Origin: Waterburya sp.
GTDB lineage: Bacteria; Cyanobacteriota; Cyanobacteriia; Cyanobacteriales; Xenococcaceae
Direction: 5' to 3'
DNA: 64,000 nt
NCBI GenBank assembly: GCA_965217895.1
Contig: CBDCJV010000002.1
Location: 1,664,001-1,728,000 of the forward strand
In this document: positions 1-10,514 of the stretch, piece by piece
Layout of the letters: each line of letters starts with the position of its first letter
How positions within the stretch are numbered: the first letter of the stretch is position 1
Notes under the pieces: generated by a model
Database searches by the model: none
Told to the model about the DNA's origin: nothing
Seen by the model: only the letters and a program-made list of their open reading frames with translations
Position numbers and translations under genes: made by a program

Positions 1-1
1 C

Positions 2-1147
2 GCACAGGATGAATCGGGAAAATTTATCGTCCAGGCTCTAGCTCCCCGTGCGTTGTTGCAGGTCGAGCCAGACCAGGTAATTACTGGAAAGAAACCAGCC
101 AAAAAATATCTGAAAAAAGAGGCTTGGAATAATGTAGTTGCTAAAAAAGGCAAGATTAACTCGGTTCTACTCAATCATAAAACAACTCAACAAAAAAAAC
201 CTTGGGTAGAAGGTAAACGAGCATTATTAATTCATACATATGGTGGAATTGGCGGAAATAAAACCGAACCCGCAGCCAAATCTCCCCTTTACTTCGGTCA
301 CTTCGCCTACGGAATTGCTACTGTAGTGCGCGAACCCTTAACCAACGAACTACGCTTTGAAATAGTCTATCACCAAGTCTATACACAAAATTCTGAGGGA
401 CTGATTGCAGGTAGCCTGCACTGGTCGCGTTACATGGGCGATCGCAATTGGGGCTGGTTGGGATTGCGTCCTGTTTGCGACATTATAGTCGAACTAGATG
501 AATTTACTGGCGACTATGAAAGAGAAGGACGGAAGCGAAGCAGCGCGGTCTTTGCAAGCGGAAATGCTGCTTCGCAAGCAGCTTATTCCACGCTTGCGGT
601 GGGGGTTTTCCCCATGAGCGATTGCATCAAGAAGCGATCTCCTTTAGATAGAGTAGTTCATCAGCTAGAAGTTATGGCTGCGCGCTATCGCATTGGTGAT
701 GGAACTGGTGGCACTTTTGTTGGTCCTGCCAATAATTGCGTTCAAGATGCCAATCAAGCTTTATATGCTGCGCTGAGACAAATATCTCTATCTATTCGTT
801 CTAATCCCAATGTCGAACAGTGGAAAAAAGAAAATCCCGAACAGCTACACAGGTTGGAGCGATTAGAACAGCTAACTCAAGATTTCAAACATCTACTATT
901 GCCCTGGGGAACAGCACGCGCTGACTGGAAAGATCGAACTGAAGTATTAGGTAGCACGTTAGAAGATAACCCCGTGCAAAATTTAATTCGTGGTCTAATT
1001 ACCTGGCGTACTTTATTACCTCGTTTAACTAGCGAGGAAGTGGTACAAGCATTTCTTAATCAGGATGCTTTAGTGTGGGTGCTACGAACTAATCAGGTAG
1101 GCGGTATAAACCCCGATATCGAACCTGTTGCCCCAATGACGCTGTAG
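2..1147 (+). CDS. C-terminal part of a large cyanobacterial CAAX-protease/Abi-associated protein (5' end outside window); carries a 99-bp in-frame insertion
   Basis: Open frame from window start; motifs LLIHTYGGIGG, YFGHFAYG, RYRIGDGTG, NNCVQDANQALY resemble this family. Confidence 0.65.
   Translation, partial: AQDESGKFIVQALAPRALLQVEPDQVITGKKPAKKYLKKEAWNNVVAKKGKINSVLLNHKTTQQKKPWVEGKRALLIHTYGGIGGNKTEPAAKSPLYFGHFAYGIATVVREPLTNELRFEIVYHQVYTQNSEGLIAGSLHWSRYMGDRNWGWLGLRPVCDIIVELDEFTGDYEREGRKRSSAVFASGNAASQAAYSTLAVGVFPMSDCIKKRSPLDRVVHQLEVMAARYRIGDGTGGTFVGPANNCVQDANQALYAALRQISLSIRSNPNVEQWKKENPEQLHRLERLEQLTQDFKHLLLPWGTARADWKDRTEVLGSTLEDNPVQNLIRGLITWRTLLPRLTSEEVVQAFLNQDALVWVLRTNQVGGINPDIEPVAPMTL
539..637. 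repeat. 99-bp composite mini-element (51-bp SDR-like unit with a nested 48-bp unit) inserted in-frame
   Basis: Flanked by GAAGCGA direct repeat (532-538, 631-637); GC-rich hairpins; partial copy at 58545-58584. Confidence 0.8.
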
Positions 1148-1176
1148 TTAAATATTTAATAATTTGACTTGTCCGA

Positions 1177-1685
1177 TTAGTTCTCTATAACATAACCGAT
1201 TCCTCTCCTGGATAGTCTTTGACCGTAACGACGATTAGACAAAGATATGAACAAAGGAGATTCGGCGGTGAGCTTTTCTTTAGTCGAACTGCGTGCTTGG
1301 TGATACCGAGCTATTTCTTCTCCCAGGTCTAGGCGTAAGACAACTGTTCTGATGCTATTTTTACCATCTAGCTTGAGATAATGCTGACCGTTGGACTGAC
1401 GAGAGGAAACGCCAAACTTGTTTCGTTTCGGCTTGTTCCGCTTTCGTCGTGGCTAATACCTTCTAAATTAGCCCGATACATTTCGATACTGCGATAGCCT
1501 TGTAGAGCCATACAGCCGAGTAAAATGCGATCGCGTAAAACTTGTACGTTGGTGATATTCTCTCCACGAATTTTATAGGCAGGTAAAACACTGTTAATTA
1601 ACTGCTGTAACTCCTCCAAAGCCAAATAATTAATCATGCTACCAACTTCTCGTTTTTGCCTTGGTGCTTTTACTTCAATACTGTC
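1177..1685 (-). pseudogene. Tyrosine recombinase/integrase fragment
   Basis: RDRILLGCMALQGYRSIEMYRANL (box I Arg), then after a 53-bp insertion HYLKLDGKNSIRTVVL...SPLFISLSNRRYGQRLSRRGIGYVIE*; both ends missing. Confidence 0.75.
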
Positions 1686-1982
1686 TCGCTCTCTATTAAA
1701 TCATTAACTAGCGACCGCGATCGCACTACCTGTACCTCGCGATCGCATCAATCTATTTGTCTACATCTGCAATGGTGCTACCACCAGGAATATGAGCAGT
1801 GGTGTTTTGTTCGTGAGCCACTTTCATTTTCTGATTATTGTTCGTAGGCAAACTCCTGCTCCTTTTGTGCTGCATCGGCTGTTCCTTCTTTCTGGGCTTC
1901 TCTCTCGATATAACTAGAAAATTTTTTAGCCTCAGAAAAGTCTACGGGTTAATTATTTTAGTTTGTCATAATTTTTAGTCAA

Positions 1983-2810
1983 ATGCTTTTTATAGTAATG
2001 TTCGAGCAGATCCGAGAATTACTAACCAACTACGGTCGTATTGATGTTATTTGGTTTGATGGTAGCTGGGAACGTAGCCCTCCAGAATGGCGTAGTTCGG
2101 AATTAGGACAAATGATTCGACAGCTACAGCCAGATATACTGATTAACGATCGCTTGCCAGGACAGGGAGACTTTGCTACTCCCGAACAGTTCGTTCCGCC
2201 TCAGCCCCCCGACGGACTTTGGGAAGTTTGCCTAACTATGAACGAAAGCTGGGGTTATAACACTGCCGACAATAACTACAAATCAGCCAGAGCTTTAGTA
2301 CATACCTTGTGCGAGATAGCTGGCAAAGGAGGAAATCTACTGCTCAACGTTAGTCCGATGGGTGATAGTCAAATCCCACCAGCCCAACAAGAACGTTTAG
2401 AAGCCGTCGCCGAATGGATGTCGCGCTATGGAGAAAGTATCATCGACACTCAACCAGGACTAGAACCCTGGCAGTTTTATGGTTCATCAACTCGTAGGGA
2501 CAATTTTTACTATTTACACCTGTTAATGAAGCCCTACGAAACCATTTCTGTAAGAGGTATTCCCATCAAGCAAGTCAAATCCGTCAAAATAGTAGGAAGC
2601 GACGAACCCCTAACTTACAGCACTCGCTGTTCGATTATGGACGAGCTTAACGGACAACTCACGGACTTGAGCTTGGCTCAAGTCCCGTGTCCTCCCCAAC
2701 CCAATCCTCTGGGTGAATTGACTATCAGCGTTCCCGAATCGGTTATCGATCCCCTAGCTACTGCGATCGCCATAGAATTAGCGACCACAGTAGCGAACGA
2801 GATAAAATAA
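1983..2810 (+). pseudogene. Alpha-L-fucosidase (GH29), N-terminally truncated
   Basis: ELLTNYGRIDVIWFDG, QPDILINDR, WEVCLTMNESWGY, GGNLLLNV motifs; the N-terminal FIHWG region is absent. Confidence 0.75.
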
Positions 2811-3110
2811 GATTTTTGATGTTCCAGTAACGAAGTAAATTTCTATGTAGATAGTTGAGAAAAAAGTAGGAATATTTACTCATTATTTAACCCTTTCGGG
2901 TAAGTTTCAGCCAGGAATAGAGGAAGCCAAACATTTCCCTTCTAAACAAATGGCAGAGTCTATGGTTAAAGTTCACGAGGGAACGGCGCGAGAGTTGAAT
3001 GAGAAAGAATAGATTATCTTTATTGATTTGGAAACAGCAAATTCTGAAACGGTGTATCTTTGTTCGACACTACGAGCAAAGATCTACAATTAGCTTTTAA
3101 TCAATAATAA

Positions 3111-3479
3111 TTAATAGTTATAAATTCTATTTCTTATAGGATAATATGGGAAAATTCTGTTTTCTATATAGTAATAGCGGTCTCCCTGATTTCCCCCGCG
3201 TTGATTTCTCCAGTTTCTTCTTTGAATCGATCTTACGTCGAAATTTTCTACTCCTGAGATGTCGTATTCATTTAGTTGTTTGAGATTATCCTGAATCGAA
3301 GCTGTTTCATCCTTGCTAGAAAAACTCCAACTACCTTTACCTCCAGCACTAAGCTCGTCAAAATTAAAGCTATCGGCGGTCGTACTTTGAGCGTTGCTTG
3401 GTAGCGTAGAAAGATTAACAACTATGATTCCCAGAGCAATCGCACTTAAGTGTATTGCAGATTTGGCAGTAGTTAACAT
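3111..3479 (-). CDS. Hypothetical secreted protein
   Basis: 122-aa ORF with signal-peptide-like N-terminus ending PSNAQ. Confidence 0.55.
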   Translation of the reverse strand: MLTTAKSAIHLSAIALGIIVVNLSTLPSNAQSTTADSFNFDELSAGGKGSWSFSSKDETASIQDNLKQLNEYDISGVENFDVRSIQRRNWRNQRGGNQGDRYYYIENRIFPYYPIRNRIYNY

Positions 3480-4315
3480 AGTGTTTTAATATTTAATCTG
3501 TTATCTTCAAAACTGTAGAGAAGATTTGTTACCCCTGCATCTACATTGGGAATGATATTTAGACATATTCAAAAATACCAATAGAAGATTTTAGAAGAGT
3601 TGGCTAGTTGATGGAGAGCGATCGCTTAAAATCTTCATTCAAAACTAATTAGAAACAGTATTTATTGCTTCTCTTCCTTCCCGTTCGGCTGCTTCCCAAG
3701 TATAGAAGATATCATCTGGCTCGTAGACTGTGCCGTAGTCATCGATGATGCTGTATTTATTATAGCAGTTGTATGACGCAATCGTAGACAGCTAGTGTAT
3801 ATTAATTGATGCTGATGATTTTGATGATGCTCATGACGCGCTTGCGATCGCCAGTTTATCTTTAATTTTAGTTTGATTGAGGAAAGAGGGCGATCGCAAT
3901 ATCTATTTAAAGAAAATTAGTCTAATTCTTTACCCATTCAATATTTGATATCGTAGTTAATAATAAAGTCTAGCTCTTCGTCTGTAAAACCGTAGTGTTG
4001 AGCAAGAACTCGATCTATTTTATCTATTATTGGTTTGGACTTTTGTATTTTAAAAGATTGAGTTTCAGTTCATCCTGTATTTCTTTGGTTACGAACTAGC
4101 ATTTCGCTATTACTTTGTATATCTGTTAAATACTTTTTACCTCTCCTAAATATAGGGTTCGTGCGACCAAGTACAGCTTGCCTCTGAAACCCTTGTTATA
4201 CAAAGAATACAGGCTTCGAGTTTTTAAAATTAAGCGACCGCTAAAATATAGGTTACATAAGCTATTATTAATCTTGAATTCTTGTCTAATCAATAGTTAC
4301 ACGTATTTGAAAATA

Positions 4316-5340
4316 GGGAGCAAGTCAATTATGCAAGAACATAAGTACTACTGAGTAAAAAGAGTATTGTTGAGATAGGCGCATCGATGTTTTAAGACTT
4401 GTGGTACATTTTCAATTTTCCATTGCGCGCCTGAAATTTTTAGTCTTCGGTCTATCTGCTTAACGGTAGACTCCACCCCACCTGAAGCAATGGCACAAAT
4501 ATTTTCTGCTTGATAATAATCATAGTTGACAATGCGATCGCGATAATTTTCTAAATAAGTACAAAAGTTTTGTGCTTGTTTCTTTTTTAAAGGCGAAAAT
4601 AAAGCTAAAGTTTCATTAACTTTTCCCTGCCATAAAAGACTTTTTCCTTGCTCGATGCGTTTATTTGAACCGCCGACTTTATAAAGATTCTCTACGAGAT
4701 GAAACCAGTCTAGAATTTGTCTAGTTTCACCTTCGCGATTGAACTGGTTCATTAGATTCCAAATTCCTTGATGACCATCTGCCACACAATTCAACACACA
4801 TCAAAGGGTTGTTGATTGACCCCTTTAACTAGTTCTTCATTCTCCTGAAACCATGCCATTCTTGATTGTGAATCAATACAGACTGCTTTATAGTCTCTCC
4901 AGATACAGGATTGGCCTTTGCGTTCCGTTCTCAGACGTACTTTTCCTCCGTCAACACTAATCTCTGATACTTTCGCTTCACAGTTAGCTTCCCTAAATTG
5001 ATGTCGATGAACCAATCTCTGTTGAGTTTTCTCTGAAACTATCATTCCTGTGTATCTTGCTACATCTTGAGACGCACTCTCATAAGAGACATTGGCACTA
5101 GCTCTGAGGCAGCATTCCGTTAAATAAGGACTAATTCTTTGATGAGATTTTATTTTTAGTCTATGACCTTGTTTTTCGCTAATTGGCAGTTTTCCAATGA
5201 TACTCTTGATGTTTCTTACTCTTCCTGCTTTTGTTCCTGTAGTTTGCTGAATAAAAAAATGCCCAATTGAGGGGTAATGTATTCAAGAGTTTGTTCTCTA
5301 ATTGTCGCTTCTATTTTACCTAGACTCTCTGCTTGTTCTG
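4316..5340 (-). mobile_element. ISKra4-family transposase remnant (frameshifted, 5' truncated)
   Basis: Pieces 4348-4797, 4791-5045 and upstream: DGGKVRLRT, DGHQGIWN, ILDWFHLVENL, SGGVESTVKQIDRRLKISGAQW; T-run slip site near 5253-5259; GGGAGCA end at 4316. Confidence 0.85.
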
Positions 5341-5503
5341 CTTCAGTATCGTGAATTAGTGTAGCCGTTTCCTGTCCTTGTGACTCACGTCTGCCTGAGA
5401 AAACAACTTTTGCCCCAGCAGCCCCAAGAGCGATCGCCGTTGCTCGCCCAATTCCCGATGTTCCGCCAGTGACTAAAGCCACTTTATTTTCAAGTGTTAA
5501 CAT
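5340..5503 (-). pseudogene. Short-chain dehydrogenase N-terminal fragment fused to ISKra4 sequence
   Basis: [13 protein letters not shown]ossmann motif, then an abrupt switch to transposase sequence ([11 protein letters not shown]). Confidence 0.8.
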
Positions 5504-5717
5504 ATTTTTTTCTCCTTTTAGTTGAGGTTATTTAATGCCAAAAGCTATTAATTCAACCTACTTAAAATGTATCGAAAATCCAATTTTCGATCACTGAGAA
5601 GAAGATAAGTTGTAAACTCGACGATAGTCGAGGAATCGTCTCTATAAGTTTGACGACCAGTATATCTATATTTTTGCTATTGGAGGTCACTATGAGCAAT
5701 TGTAAAACTTAAAGTTT

Positions 5718-5879
5718 GTGAAGCAAAATCGACTATTTTCGCGATCGCACTGGCAATTAGCTAGCTGGTATACTGCTATTATTAGCCTTATTTTACTTAT
5801 CTGTGCCTTAGGAATTTATGAAGCGACTGCCCATGCCCACCGCATTAGCGTCAATCAGGAATTAGAATCTGTCATTTAA
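5718..5879 (+). pseudogene. N-terminal fragment of RppB/NrsS-type sensor histidine kinase
   Basis: Manual translation QNRLFSRSHWQLASWYTAII...(frameshift)ALGIYEATAHAHRISVNQELESV*. Confidence 0.6.
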
Positions 5880-5909
5880 CATCACTAATCGATGGCATAA
5901 GTCCCGCAC

Positions 5910-6169
5910 AAAGTACATTTTATAGTTGTTACCGCGCGCCTAAAATCTTTGACGTACATCAAGCAGTCGTGATTACTCAAAACTATCATCTACCTCGTAC
6001 TGTTTACACTTGTCGTCAGTTAGGAGTAAAGACGGTAGGTTTAAGAATCCCAGAGCGACAAATTTATAGACTGCAAGGAATGATTCCCTATTTGTTACGG
6101 CAAATGCTAGCTAACGTGGAAGCATTATGGAACATTCACATTACTCGTCCCCATCCTACTTTTTTATGA
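5910..6169 (+). pseudogene. SanA/YdcF (ElyC) family C-terminal fragment
   Basis: STFYSCYRA..IF....VVITQNYHLPRTVYTCRQLG motif. Confidence 0.7.
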
Positions 6170-6191
6170 GTTTTGCCGACACAGAAGTATG

Positions 6192-8117
6192 TTACAGCAA
6201 CAAACGTAAACCACTTAAGATTACCAAAACCGTAGATCCTTCATGTCCAAGTACCCCCAGGGGCATATTAATATTACCTGTAAAGTTAGCCATCAACAGC
6301 AAGAAAATAAATGAAAGGGCAAAAGTAATATTTTGTTTGATGATGCGATTAGCACGACGACCCAGGCTAATTGCCTGAGCTAGTTTTTCTAGACGATTGC
6401 TCATCAAAATTAGATCGGCAGTTTCGATGGCGACATCATTTCCCGCACCACCCATAGCTATACCTACTGTTGCCATAGCCAGTGCAGGTGCATCGTTAAT
6501 GCCATCTCCTACCATTGCCACGTTTTGATATTTCTGCTGTAGTTTTTGGATAGCCATCAACTTATCTTCTGGTAGAAGTTCGGCATAAACCTCTTCTATG
6601 CCCAGAGTTCGAGCAACGCTATTAGCAGTACCTTTATTGTCTCCTGTGAGCAGCACGACTTGTTCGATACCCAGTTGTTTCAATTTCTTGATCGACGCTG
6701 CTGCTTCTGGTCTAATCGTGTCAGCAACAGCTATTAAACCGATAACCCTTTCAGATTCAATCACCCAAACTACAGTTTTGCCTTCTTCTTCTAAGTGATT
6801 ACTTGCTTCAATAAATTCGCGATCTAAATAAGGAATTTCTTGCCGAACAAAAGCAGTTTTTCCTACTAGAATTGTTTTTCCTGCTACTTCACCGACAATT
6901 CCTAGACCTGGCTTTGCCTGAACATTACTGACATTTTGTAGCTGCAATTTTTTTTGCCAAGCTGCTTTGACAATTGCTTCCCCGATAGGATGTTCGGAAC
7001 GAGATTCTATGGCAGCAGCTAACTCTAATACTCGATCGCTCTTTTGTCCTTTTATGGGTATAACCTTTACTACCTCTAATTTCCCCTCCGTCAGAGTACC
7101 AGTTTTATCAAAAGCGATCGCCTTAATTTTGCCAATTTTTTCTAATTGTCCCCCATTCTTAAACAAAATTCCGGCTCTAGCACCACAAGCAATTCCCGAT
7201 AGTAGGGTCGGCATGATTGCGGCCATTAACGCGCAGGGAGAAGCTACAACCAAGAAGATTAAGGCTCGATAAATTGTCGTTTCCCAGTCCCAACCTAATA
7301 GTAGTGGCGGTAAAATTGCCAGCAAAAGTCCTAGCAAGATAATAATTCGTGCATAACTCCGCTCGAATCGTTCGATAAACTGCTGCGACGGCGGAGTTTC
7401 AGTTTGGGCTTTTTCTACTAGCTGAATTACCCGTTGAATCAGACTACTTTCAGGCGATCGATCTACTTTTACTTTTAAAGCTCCATTGCCATTGAGTGTA
7501 CCAGCATAAACTTCATCTCCAACCTGCTTATCTGCAGGAATAGACTCTCCAGTAATCGATGCTTGGTTAACATTAGTCCAACCTTCTACAATCAGACCAT
7601 CAACGGGAATTAATTCTCCTGGCTTGACTAAGACTAAATCTCCTACTTGTAATTTCGCGATCGCCATTTCTGCTGCTTCATTTCCTTTGAGGACTTTAGC
7701 GGTATTCGGTACGGTTGCCATTAGAGAACGAATATTTCGCTCTGTGCGCTCCATAGCAATGCTTTCTAAAGCCCCGCTAACAGCAAAGATCAGAATCAGT
7801 ATTCCGCCATCGACGATTAAATAATAATCCTGTTGCCATAAACCTAAGATCGCTGCACCCAAAGCTGCCACGATCATTAGTAGATCTACATCTAACTCCC
7901 TTTCTTGAAATAAAGTCGTCAATCCTTCTTTGGTGCTTTCATAACCGCCAATAACGTAAGCACCTGGAAAGATGAATAGAGCAATACCAATCCAATCCCG
8001 ATGAAGACATAACCAACCGAGGAAAATAAGAACTGCGCAGGCAGCAGCGGCTAAAGCGTCTGGATGCTTTTGTAAAATTCCTTTGAAAGAATACTTAGTT
8101 AAATATCTTTGAGCCAT
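6192..8117 (-). CDS. P1B-4-type heavy-metal (Co/Zn/Fe) translocating ATPase, CoaT-like
   Basis: TGES, SPC, DKTGTLT, GDGINDAPAL and HEGST motifs; no N-terminal metal-binding domain. Confidence 0.9.
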   Translation of the reverse strand: MAQRYLTKYSFKGILQKHPDALAAAACAVLIFLGWLCLHRDWIGIALFIFPGAYVIGGYESTKEGLTTLFQERELDVDLLMIVAALGAAILGLWQQDYYLIVDGGILILIFAVSGALESIAMERTERNIRSLMATVPNTAKVLKGNEAAEMAIAKLQVGDLVLVKPGELIPVDGLIVEGWTNVNQASITGESIPADKQVGDEVYAGTLNGNGALKVKVDRSPESSLIQRVIQLVEKAQTETPPSQQFIERFERSYARIIILLGLLLAILPPLLLGWDWETTIYRALIFLVVASPCALMAAIMPTLLSGIACGARAGILFKNGGQLEKIGKIKAIAFDKTGTLTEGKLEVVKVIPIKGQKSDRVLELAAAIESRSEHPIGEAIVKAAWQKKLQLQNVSNVQAKPGLGIVGEVAGKTILVGKTAFVRQEIPYLDREFIEASNHLEEEGKTVVWVIESERVIGLIAVADTIRPEAAASIKKLKQLGIEQVVLLTGDNKGTANSVARTLGIEEVYAELLPEDKLMAIQKLQQKYQNVAMVGDGINDAPALAMATVGIAMGGAGNDVAIETADLILMSNRLEKLAQAISLGRRANRIIKQNITFALSFIFLLLMANFTGNINMPLGVLGHEGSTVLVILSGLRLLL

Positions 8118-8151
8118 TAACTTGAACGATACTAATTACTTTAGTTAAAAT

Positions 8152-8175
8152 AAACCTTGACATTAATGTTAATGT
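8152..8175. promoter_or_regulatory. Truncated MerR(CoaR)-type operator upstream of the ATPase
   Basis: AAACCTTGACATT-N6-AATGT, after which the inverted half-site breaks off. Confidence 0.55.
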
Positions 8176-8433
8176 ATTTGGTTTCCTATCATCAAAAAAT
8201 GGCTCAGCATCCCCCACGCTCAAAATCAATTAAACTAAAAAAAAAGTTTCTACCTAGATATCGATAGAACAAGATAGCAAGAACGCAATTTATTCGTAGC
8301 CAGCTTAATCAAAAATAGTTGTCACCCCGTGAGCTGAATTTGCCGTTATTTTCAGCTTACTACCTGTTTCTTATCCCAAACTCATGTCAATTGATTAACG
8401 TACTGCGATAAATGCACGAACCAATATTAAGAA

Positions 8434-8560
8434 AACGTCAGTTCGACGAAAACATTTAAGAGGTTTAGGAAAAGGTTCAAGAAAGGAAAAATCAAGCTCT
8501 TTTCTTTGAACCTTTTCTCCTATATTTAATCGATGATTTATGACCTATTAAACTAACGTA
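8434..8560. repeat. Degenerate MITE-like palindrome (AACGTCAGTTCG family)
   Basis: End matches 42747; internal inverted repeat GAAAAGGTTCAA/TTGAACCTTTTC. Confidence 0.5.
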
Positions 8561-8855
8561 GAGCCACGCTCACGCAAGGGTCTTAAAACAGCACTATTCG
8601 GACGTTTTTAACTGCTAGGACACTCTTAAAGCCTGTAGTTTCCCACCAAGGCGCACTTGCGCATATCGTTTATGAGCGTGGGCTATACCAAATTTGGTTT
8701 CGCATCTAAAACCAGAACCACGCTGTTGTCGCCCGTCAAACTGAGGAAAGACCCCAACGTCGGCGCAAGACGCAAACAAAGGCTTTAGCCGCATGTAATG
8801 CTTTCCAATGTTGAACCCTTTAGGGAGTTGCTCGCCTTTACCTTTCCTCGATCTC
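8560..8855. repeat. GC-rich mosaic of small hairpin repeats
   Basis: Sub-motifs shared with 51714-51735, 58584-58605 and 59999-60030. Confidence 0.6.
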
Positions 8856-8913
8856 AACTAGGAAATTAATTTTACATAACTACTTATCTTTAATTGGTAA
8901 TACCTCATTTATG

Positions 8914-9192
8914 CTATGATAGTCTTTCACTAGAATTATTATTATCATTATTGTTTATTGGTAAAAGAGAGTTGGGCAGTTCTTCAAAATTGCGTTTTAC
9001 TGCCTTGCAAAATTGTCTCATTTGCGAAACTGTCATGGTAGGTTCAGCTTGTCCCTTTTCCCAGCGTCTAATAGTCGAGACTGCTACGCCGATTTCTCTA
9101 GCTAATTGTTCTTGAGAAAGCTTGACGTTTAATCTCAATCTTTTGAACGGAGAATTGGTTTCTTGATGCTGAGATTTTTTTGGTCTGGTCAT
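8914..9192 (-). CDS. XRE-family helix-turn-helix regulator
   Basis: LSQEQLAREIGVAVSTIRRWEKG. Confidence 0.85.
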   Translation of the reverse strand: MTRPKKSQHQETNSPFKRLRLNVKLSQEQLAREIGVAVSTIRRWEKGQAEPTMTVSQMRQFCKAVKRNFEELPNSLLPINNNDNNNSSERLS

Positions 9193-10514
9193 AGTAATAA
9201 ATTACGATAGAACTGGGTATAACAAATCTCAAACAGTGAACAATATACATATTGAATTTATTTTATTACAATATGCTATATATAGTGTAAAGCTAATAAC
9301 TAATGTTTTTTAGCTGCTACTAACTATAAACTCTGATGCTTATATGGCAATATAGTTTTGCGCTGCTGTTTAGATAAAATAAGAGTAATTACTGAATTAG
9401 AAAATATATTTGCCAAATACTATCAAATAAATAGCATTATTTAGCTCTAAAATAGATGAAGAAATAAATCTAGGGATAATAATCCGCTTTATTTATCCGT
9501 TCAATTTTGTCCTATATTAACAAATAAAAAAAATAACACTATTAGCAAAAACACCTAAATTTGTAAACTTTGATATTAAAGTCAATCTAATATTCAACCA
9601 TAAATCACGTAGCATACAGCGGATATATTTAAGTAAATTCAGTAATTATTCTGAAGCGGTTTATCAAACAAACTGATATCCAAACTTGAAAATAAACAAC
9701 TGATTGATAGTTATAAATAATTAATCTAAAAAATAATCAGCGTTGGCTGTTTTGCAAATTTACCTAATTTTTTAATGATTTAATAGAACTTAAGTTATTT
9801 AAGTTTTTTGGCTCTTAATAAGCATCGATACTTTTTATTTATTTAGGCAAATTTGCGTATTTTAAAACTAATTTCTTCTGCTGTTTAAAAACTATCTTAA
9901 TCATAAAGAATTAGAGTAATACAAACATCTATAAAACGTCTCAATTTGACCCTAGACTAAAGAGATAACAGAGACTCTAACTTTCGTTGCTCTGTTGAGT
10001 ATATATTTCTAAGACTTTAGCAACTGTTTATAAAGTAAATGTTAAGGATGGAAAAGTGTCGAAAATGGAGAGGCGGAGGAGTAGAAGAGATAGAGAAGTA
10101 TTATTCATCACCCCACTACCTTACAACTCTATTTACTCTTTACCGGTTTACTACCCAGTACTCCAAATACCTCATTACCCCAAATACGACCCTACCCAAC
10201 GGCAAAAAATTTTATTTTCTTTTTATAAACAGTCTCTAATTAACAATACAGATGCTTGATTACGGTTCTTAAAATGGCTAATCAAAATATTAATAGTCGT
10301 AGAGAAAAGCTGCTTTTTTTTAGCAATGATGTAAATAAGCAGCTTGCTTCATGTTCTCAAAGTCAGTATTTTATACTGTAAAAATGTTGAGTTATTTATG
10401 GAGTTTCCCTATTAAGTTGGGTAGCTAAAAAAGTTTATTAGGATATAAGATGCTTGGTGTTTATTTTGCCATCTAAAAACCAACTGTTCCTAGCATTGCC
10501 TTAAAGCTACTAAA

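Noticed and set aside
4153..4250. CRISPR-leader-like CTGAAACCCTTG hairpin
   Set aside because: No repeat array follows; probably an intergenic repeat remnant
6598..7824. Antisense ORFs inside the ATPase, and similar ones inside ycf46, emrB, mlaE, radC and ppk2
   Set aside because: Shadow frames of well-supported genes
8560..8855. RNase P RNA or tmRNA
   Set aside because: CTGAGGAAAG is present but not followed by the conserved TCC and other rnpB motifs; no tRNA-like ends seen
10039..10259. Two short overlapping ORFs
   Set aside because: Low-complexity purine-rich and pyrimidine-rich repeats; no recognisable domain
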